NCBI GenBank assembly: GCA_050255815.1
Contig: JBLMVJ010000019.1
Coordinates: 26 to 64,025 of the forward strand
DNA from: Candidatus Levyibacteriota bacterium
GTDB lineage: Bacteria; Patescibacteriota; Microgenomatia; Levybacterales; GWA1-39-11
DNA length: 64,000 nucleotides
Reading direction: 5' to 3'
Shown here: positions 57,774-64,000 of the stretch, in pieces
Layout: each line of letters opens with the position of its first letter
Position numbering within the stretch: position 1 is the first letter of the stretch
Program-made: the position numbers and the translations under genes
The notes under the pieces: model-generated
What the model was told of the DNA's origin: nothing
Seen by the model: the letters and a program-made list of their open reading frames with translations, nothing else
The model's database searches: none

Positions 57774-59186
57774 TTACTTCACTCCATATTTGCTCAAAAC
57801 TTCAGTTTCCCCTGATCCTAATGTATCTATGGCAGAATCCGGGGAAGTATTATTTAGCATAGCATTTATTGCATTACCCAAATAAGTATTTAAGGCCGTA
57901 TTCATGGCGGCGTCATACGTATCTGAGGAAAATGGTGTAGATACCGCGTTATCAGCCTGGTCTAAAAATGGTTTTAAAAGAGGATTGGAAGCCAGTGATG
58001 CCTTCATGTCTTTCCTGGGATACAACTCACCAAAAAGCCTGGACTTTGATTCCAGTGTATACATTTTCTGAAGAGTATCTTTACTGCCTAAATATTTAAG
58101 GAATTCAAATGCCTCTTTAGGATGTTTTGTTTTTGCAGAAACTCCCTCAACCCAATAAGAGGCTATGGTTTCCGCCCTGTCTGCTGCCAGATGAGGAACG
58201 GGAACTATTTCAAAATTAAGGCTAGGATTTTTTGCCTTAATATCCAAAATGTCCCAGGAGTAACCAAAATACATTGCTAAAGAACCATCTGCAAAAGCCA
58301 GTTTTGAATTTTCCATGTCAGTATCCCATGTTTTACCTTTTCCACTACTGTCCCCTTTCCCAAAGGGAATATAATATCCGGCCAACGCATCTATTGCATT
58401 TTGCTTGGACTTGCCGCTGATATGATAAATATCTGCCCTGTTCTGGACTAAAAGAAGAGAGATAACATCAGATGCATGAGCAATGTTTTCATAACCACCC
58501 AAAGCCACTCCTGATGTTTTTATTTTTCCCGTTTCATCAGGAACGGTTAGGGAAGCCGCAACATCTGCAAGAGTATCCCAACTGGTAGGCGCATTAGCAA
58601 TGTCTCCGGCTTTTAACAGATCTTTGTTAACAAATAAAGCTAAGGTGTCTATCTGAAGAGGAACGCCATAGAATGCACCATTTTTTTGCAGGTCACTTTT
58701 AACCACACTGTAATAATCAGTATCTAATCCTAATGATTTAACAACGTCATTAGGCAAAGGAAGAAGATTTCCGGTACCAACTAATTCTAATGGCCAACTA
58801 TTGTGGAACCTGAATATGTCAGGCCCATTCCCGTTATTAATTCTGGTAGTCAAACGGTCAATATACTGCCCTTCCCCCTTTATATCCCTTTTTTCATAAT
58901 TCACGTGAATAGTAGGATGTGTCCGGTTAAAGTCTGCAATCACCTGGCTCATTACGGTTGAGTCTTCCCAAAGTCCCCAATACGTCAGCGTAACCGGCCC
59001 CTGTTTTCCGGCAAAAAACCGGGGGATAAAAAGGATTGCCAGAACTATAATAAGGATCAGTACAATTGCCCCTATTGCCAGGCGGAGAATCATGCCTTTC
59101 ATGCCGGAGCCTGTTTCAGGCATATTGCCGGACGCATCCTGGGTAATAGGAGTGGGCTGTTGGGGAGACAGCATAGTAGGATCCAT
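57774..59186 (-). CDS. Extracellular sugar-type solute-binding protein
   Basis: LTYWGLWE, GPDIF, YGVPLQIDTLALFVN, PTSWD; start at MDPTML. Confidence 0.85.
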   Translation of the reverse strand: MDPTMLSPQQPTPITQDASGNMPETGSGMKGMILRLAIGAIVLILIIVLAILFIPRFFAGKQGPVTLTYWGLWEDSTVMSQVIADFNRTHPTIHVNYEKRDIKGEGQYIDRLTTRINNGNGPDIFRFHNSWPLELVGTGNLLPLPNDVVKSLGLDTDYYSVVKSDLQKNGAFYGVPLQIDTLALFVNKDLLKAGDIANAPTSWDTLADVAASLTVPDETGKIKTSGVALGGYENIAHASDVISLLLVQNRADIYHISGKSKQNAIDALAGYYIPFGKGDSSGKGKTWDTDMENSKLAFADGSLAMYFGYSWDILDIKAKNPSLNFEIVPVPHLAADRAETIASYWVEGVSAKTKHPKEAFEFLKYLGSKDTLQKMYTLESKSRLFGELYPRKDMKASLASNPLLKPFLDQADNAVSTPFSSDTYDAAMNTALNTYLGNAINAMLNNTSPDSAIDTLGSGETEVLSKYGVK

Positions 59187-59276
59187 AGTATAATTATACT
59201 CACAGATTACCGGGGTAGTAAACTCTAGTAAAGAATATATATAGTATAATGAGGCGCGCATATTGGCAATCAATTT

Positions 59277-60716
59277 ATGGCTGAAAAAAGTGGGGTAAAA
59301 CTCAAAAAAGGAAAAATTTCAAAAGTAAAACATGCAAAACACGCCATAAAACCGGCTTTTTGGTTTACGGTAGGCGTTTTATTTGCAAGCTTTTGCCTGG
59401 CAGCACTGGCTTTGGTATATTTTAAAGTAGCTTTTAAAAACCACGTCATTCCCGGTGTTTTTATAGGGTCCACATACGTAGGCGGTAAAACACCTGAAGA
59501 GGTAGAAAAAATATTCCTGGAAAAAAATGTACGTATTCAAAATACAAAAATTACTTTTTATGATGACGGGGATGCTGCTACCGCCTCAGCAAAAGACCTC
59601 AATATTGGATATGACACGCAACTTCTTAAAGAACAAGCTGAAAGTATAGGAAAATCTGCCGACGTTATTTCAAATGTATACTATATTATTAATTCCTACT
59701 TAAATGGCACGTACCTCAACCCTTCTTATACGGGTAACCTGGATAAGATTACTGCATTACTTGATCCTATCCAGAAAAAAACATATATACAACCACAAGA
59801 CGCTCTTTTTAAAGTAGAAAATAACCGGGTTACTGCGTTCCAGCAATCAACAGACGGAAAATCTATAGATTTTGATGAATTGAGACAAACGGTACAAAAC
59901 TTAATCCAACCCATCTCTGAAGGGCACCAGAAAGATATTGCCATCAAAATTCCGGTAAAAATCTTAAAGCCAACCGTAACAACTGAAAAGGCAAATAATT
60001 TTGGGATAGTAGAAGAGATAGGAGAAGGAAGCTCTATGTTTGGTCATTCTATACCTAACAGGATAGATAATATTGTCCTGGCAACCAGTAAAATAAACGG
60101 GGTTTTAGTTGCCCCAAATGAAGTATTCTCCTTTGATAAATACTTAGGGGATGTCTCAAAAAACACCGGCTATAAACAAGCATATGTTATCCAAAATGGA
60201 AAAACGGTATTGGGTGACGGAGGCGGTGTATGCCAGGTTTCTACCACCTTATTCAGGGCAATCTTAAACGCAGGTCTGCCTGTAGTAGAGCGGAACGCCC
60301 ATGCATACAGAGTAGGATATTATGAGGAAGATTCTCCTCCGGGAATTGATGCCACAGTTTTTTACCCCAGTGTTGATTTAAAGTTTAAAAATGATACCGG
60401 GAATTATATCCTTATCCAGTCAACCATGGATTTAGACAATTTAAAAATGTCGTTTATTCTTTATGGAAAAAAGGATGGCAGGGTTGCAACCCTTACCACT
60501 CCGGTTATTACCAACCAGATTCCTGCTCCGGAACCAATCTATCAGGATGATCCTACTCTTCCTAAAGGGACACTAAAACAGGTTGATTTTGCTGCTGCAG
60601 GAGCAACCGTAATATTCAGCAGGACGGTAACCAGAGGCGGAAAAGTAATCATCCAGGATACCTATAAATCAGTGTACCAACCATGGCATGCTGCCTACGT
60701 AAGAGGAACGGGATAA
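59277..60716 (+). CDS. VanW family protein with peptidoglycan-binding domain
   Basis: FSF..LG, GGGVCQVSTTLFRA, ERNAH, GIDATV, DLKFKND. Confidence 0.9.
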   Translation: MAEKSGVKLKKGKISKVKHAKHAIKPAFWFTVGVLFASFCLAALALVYFKVAFKNHVIPGVFIGSTYVGGKTPEEVEKIFLEKNVRIQNTKITFYDDGDAATASAKDLNIGYDTQLLKEQAESIGKSADVISNVYYIINSYLNGTYLNPSYTGNLDKITALLDPIQKKTYIQPQDALFKVENNRVTAFQQSTDGKSIDFDELRQTVQNLIQPISEGHQKDIAIKIPVKILKPTVTTEKANNFGIVEEIGEGSSMFGHSIPNRIDNIVLATSKINGVLVAPNEVFSFDKYLGDVSKNTGYKQAYVIQNGKTVLGDGGGVCQVSTTLFRAILNAGLPVVERNAHAYRVGYYEEDSPPGIDATVFYPSVDLKFKNDTGNYILIQSTMDLDNLKMSFILYGKKDGRVATLTTPVITNQIPAPEPIYQDDPTLPKGTLKQVDFAAAGATVIFSRTVTRGGKVIIQDTYKSVYQPWHAAYVRGTG

Positions 60717-60734
60717 TTCAAAAAACTATTTGTA

Positions 60735-61205
60735 ATGAGGAAAATAATTGAATATAAAGACCTTCAAGCCTCGTTAAACCGCATTAAATCCCAAGGGACC
60801 ATTGTTTTGGTGGGTGGTTGTTTTGATGTCTTACATAAAGGACATATAAAATTCCTCACAAAAGCACAAGAACATGGAGATATTTTAATGGTAATGCTGG
60901 AAAGTGATGAAAATGTGCGGGCAAGCAAGGGTCCGGGGCGGCCGGTAAATAACCAAATCCACCGTGCCCATATTCTGGCGGCATTAAAACAAGTTGATTA
61001 TGTTCTTCTCCTCCCTTCCCTCAAAACAGATCTGGAGTACTATGAGCTTGTAAAAAAACTGGAACCTGATATAATTGCAGTGACTGAAAATGATCCCGCC
61101 TATAAGAAAAAGGCTGAACAGGCGGAAATGGTTGGAGGAAAAGTGGTTGAGGTTATAGAAAGGCTCCCACACTCCACAACAAAAATATTAGAACAGGTTA
61201 ATTAA
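60735..61205 (+). CDS. Cytidylyltransferase-family protein (TagD/RibL/RfaE-like)
   Basis: GGCFDVLHKGH, KGPGRP, STT. Confidence 0.85.
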   Translation: MRKIIEYKDLQASLNRIKSQGTIVLVGGCFDVLHKGHIKFLTKAQEHGDILMVMLESDENVRASKGPGRPVNNQIHRAHILAALKQVDYVLLLPSLKTDLEYYELVKKLEPDIIAVTENDPAYKKKAEQAEMVGGKVVEVIERLPHSTTKILEQVN

Positions 61206-61215
61206 TTAAATAACG

Positions 61216-61689
61216 GTGAAAAAAGTATTAATTCTATACGGTCTTTTGATTCTAGTATTAGTAATCTTCTTTTTTATGAGGGGAGGAAATTTCTCCTTTG
61301 GCCTTCTATCCGGCGGCGCTACCGCAAAAATCAATGATAAAACCTATAAATTATTAGTTGCTAAAACTCAGGCAGACCAAATAAAAGGGCTTTCCGGAAG
61401 AGATTCACTTCCTGCAGACACCGGCATGCTATTTGTCTTTTCCCAAAAAGGGATATATCCATTCTGGATGAAAAATATGAAATTTCCTATAGATATTATT
61501 TTTATCAATGATAATAAAATTGTTGACCTTTTTGAAAATGCACAGGTGCCCGCAGCAGGAACACCGGATGTTGAAATCCAAAAATACCGGCCTTCTCAAC
61601 CGGGTAATTATGTGCTGGAACTCAATGCCTTTGAAATTGCAAAGCAGAAGATAAAGAAAGGCGACACGGTAACCCTCAAAGGAATATAA
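61216..61689 (+). CDS. DUF192 family protein
   Basis: GLSGR, GMLFVF, FWMKNMKFPIDIIF, YVLELNA. Confidence 0.88.
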   Translation: MKKVLILYGLLILVLVIFFFMRGGNFSFGLLSGGATAKINDKTYKLLVAKTQADQIKGLSGRDSLPADTGMLFVFSQKGIYPFWMKNMKFPIDIIFINDNKIVDLFENAQVPAAGTPDVEIQKYRPSQPGNYVLELNAFEIAKQKIKKGDTVTLKGI

Positions 61690-61773
61690 AAAAAGAGTAC
61701 CAAAGGCTCCAAAAGTATCAAAGGTACCAAAAGCAATATCTCTCTTGATACCCGTGATACACTTGATACACTT

Positions 61774-62943
61774 ATGAAAATACTTGCCATTGAATCTTCT
61801 TGTGATGAAACTAGTGCTGCAGTGGTTGAGAAAAGCGGCGAAGAGATAAAAGTTCTTTCTAACATAACCGCCACCTCATTGGAAATTCATGCCGGAACAG
61901 GAGGAATAATCCCTGAAAACGCGGCAAGGATGCAGGTGAAATACATAATGCCCGTGATAATAGAAGCCCTCCAGTCATCAGGTCTCGATCCTCAGTTATC
62001 AGTAAAAGGTCAATCTGTAAATCAGTTAACCGGTCAACAGAAAACTCATAGACAGGCATCTGAAAACGGAAAACTGGAAACAGATAACTCTCTTGTTCAA
62101 CAAATACTAAGGGACCAGATAGATGCTATTGCGGTTACGTATGGGCCCGGGCTCATTGGTTCACTTTTAGTAGGGGTGGAAACTGCAAAAACACTTTCTT
62201 TTGTTTTTAACAAACCCATTATTCCGGTGAATCATCTTTTAGCACATCTGTTTGCGAATTTTATTTCATGCAGCACTAGCTCCTATTCTCTAGCCACTAG
62301 TCCCTTTCCTTTCATAGGCCTAATCGTCTCCGGTGGCCATACAGATTTACTGCTGTTCGAGGGAATAGAAAACTACAAATGGCTGGGTGGAACCCGGGAT
62401 GATGCAGCAGGAGAAGCACTGGATAAAATTGGCCGACTTCTTGGCCTCAGTTACCCTGCAGGTCCTGAAATTGAGAGGCGAGCCAGATTAGGATCAAAAA
62501 CAAAAATCCGTTTCCACGCTCCATTATTAGGAGAAAAAACCTACGACTTTTCCTTTTCAGGACTGAAAACCGAGGCAATGAGATACATTCAAAAACAGTC
62601 AACTATGAACCATGAACTATTAACTAACAGCTCTCTCATAAATGAAATATGCTTTGCCGTCCAAAAAGCAGTGATAGATGTACTGGTGAGAAAAACGCTC
62701 AGCGCTACCCAAGAATATGATGCTAAAAATATCCTATTGGGCGGAGGCGTCTCCGCAAACAACACACTCAGAGAAGCATTCAAGCAAAAGACTAAAGACC
62801 AAGGCCTGAAGACTAATATTTTTGCCCCCCAGCAAAAATATTGCACTGACAACGCAGCCATGGTAGGCACATATGCGCTTTTGCATCAAGAGCTAAGCAA
62901 TTGGGAAAATGTTTCTGTTAACCCGGAGCTTTATTTTGCATAA
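61774..62943 (+). CDS. tsaD: tRNA N6-adenosine threonylcarbamoyltransferase TsaD
   Basis: IESSCDETSAA, GPGLIGSL, NHLLAH, VSGGHT, TRDDAAGE, FSFSGLKT, CTDNAAM. Confidence 0.96.
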   Translation: MKILAIESSCDETSAAVVEKSGEEIKVLSNITATSLEIHAGTGGIIPENAARMQVKYIMPVIIEALQSSGLDPQLSVKGQSVNQLTGQQKTHRQASENGKLETDNSLVQQILRDQIDAIAVTYGPGLIGSLLVGVETAKTLSFVFNKPIIPVNHLLAHLFANFISCSTSSYSLATSPFPFIGLIVSGGHTDLLLFEGIENYKWLGGTRDDAAGEALDKIGRLLGLSYPAGPEIERRARLGSKTKIRFHAPLLGEKTYDFSFSGLKTEAMRYIQKQSTMNHELLTNSSLINEICFAVQKAVIDVLVRKTLSATQEYDAKNILLGGGVSANNTLREAFKQKTKDQGLKTNIFAPQQKYCTDNAAMVGTYALLHQELSNWENVSVNPELYFA

Positions 62944-63031
62944 ACCCCTTGCGAAATAGTTTTTCATACTTTACAATTGCTGCTTCCGTGTAGTTAGATT
63001 AGATATTGTTAATTAACATAAGTAAGAAGCT

Positions 63032-64000
63032 ATGAATAAAACACTGATATTGGTAGAGTCACCAACAAAAGCAAGAACACTAGCAAGATTTTTTGGAGAT
63101 AAATATGATATAGAAGCCTCCGTAGGCCACATCCGTGATTTACCTAAGGGAGATATTGGCGTGGATATAGAACATAATTTTGAACCGCGGTATGTTATCC
63201 CTAAAGCAAAGCAGAAAATCTTAACCGGCCTAAAAAAGAAAGTTAAAAATAAGGATGAAGTCCTATTGGCAACAGACCCTGACCGTGAAGGGGAAGCTAT
63301 CTCTTATCATCTATTAGAAATGCTAAAGCCGGAGGCAAAAAAAGATACAACCTTTAAGCGCATTGTTTTCCATGAAATTACGAAGGATGCAATAGAGGAA
63401 GCGCTCCAAAGCCCCAGGGGAATAGATGAAAAATTAGTGAACGCACAGACTGCCAGGCGCGTGCTGGACCGGGTTGTAGGATATAAAATTTCCCCAATTT
63501 TATGGAAAAAGATAAAACGGAATTTATCTGCAGGACGTGTCCAATCAATTGCATTACGTCTTATTGTAGAACGGGAACGGGAGATCCAAAAATTCCGGAC
63601 AGAACCATATTTTAAATTATTTTTAGTTATTAAGAAGAAAGACCAGGAGGTAGAATTTGAACTGAAAGAGTTTGATGGGAAAAAAGTTGATGTTACTGAA
63701 AAACTAGACTTATATGACGGGGAATATTCTTTTTCAAAAACTATTTTAGATGCTGCTACTGCAGACCAAATTATTGGCAATTTATCCTCCCAGACCTTCA
63801 CCGTTTCAGACGTAGTAAAAAAACAAACAAAACGTTCTCCGCTGCCACCATTTATCACTTCTACCATGCAAATAGAAGCTTCCCGCCGGATTAATTTTAA
63901 TAGCCGGAAAACAATGCAGGTTGCACAACGGCTTTATGAAGAGGGATACATCACGTACCACAGGACTGACTCTTTCAATCTGTCAAACCAATTTATTACG
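63032..64000 (+). CDS. topA: DNA topoisomerase I (partial)
   Basis: Manual translation: MNKTLILVESPTKA, GHIRDLP, ATDPDREGEAI, SAGRVQS, AQRLYE.GYITYHRTDS. Confidence 0.96.
   Translation, partial: MNKTLILVESPTKARTLARFFGDKYDIEASVGHIRDLPKGDIGVDIEHNFEPRYVIPKAKQKILTGLKKKVKNKDEVLLATDPDREGEAISYHLLEMLKPEAKKDTTFKRIVFHEITKDAIEEALQSPRGIDEKLVNAQTARRVLDRVVGYKISPILWKKIKRNLSAGRVQSIALRLIVEREREIQKFRTEPYFKLFLVIKKKDQEVEFELKEFDGKKVDVTEKLDLYDGEYSFSKTILDAATADQIIGNLSSQTFTVSDVVKKQTKRSPLPPFITSTMQIEASRRINFNSRKTMQVAQRLYEEGYITYHRTDSFNLSNQFIT

Noticed and set aside
63307-63867. 186-aa minus-strand ORF
   Set aside because: Antisense shadow of topA. The other short ORFs overlapping well-supported genes were dismissed for the same reason.
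1-64000. tRNA, rRNA, tmRNA, T-box, lysine riboswitch, prophage or IS
   Set aside because: No recognisable signatures by eye; a tRNAscan/Rfam search would be needed to exclude divergent RNAs.

Overview
AT-rich, gene-dense bacterial chromosome segment. Gene content and style (short tsaB, archaeal-type CoaD-DUF359 fusion, DUF5679, DUF4446, VanW, many apparently leaderless genes) suggest a Patescibacteria/CPR (Microgenomates-like) genome; this is inference, as no rRNA is present. Housekeeping genes: secD (partial), secA, prfB, serS, lysS, greA, topA (partial), ftsEX, tsaB/C/D/E, ppsA, rdgB, family-4 UDG. A nucleotide-sugar/glycosylation cluster lies at 6.2-15.5 kb. Most notable: (1) a candidate ribosome-mediated lysine attenuator at 52.06-52.19 kb (consensus promoter, leader MSFNTISKKSKKTP, mutually exclusive antiterminator/terminator), followed by a 44-bp tandem repeat of mini-ORFs, an orphan gene and lysS; (2) a divergent fatty-acid-synthase-like gene set (tandem AcpS, two FabH, double-hotdog FabZ-like, FabG) with no ACP in the window, plus CoA-completing and threonine-to-acetyl-CoA genes, in a lineage thought to lack fatty acid synthesis; (3) an MAAKKKKKKK mini-gene with a perfect Shine-Dalgarno; (4) a SelO-like pseudokinase; (5) a 57-bp two-copy hairpin element with compensatory changes. 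No rRNA, tRNA, CRISPR array or transposase was recognised. All calls come from reading motifs by eye; no database searches were run.
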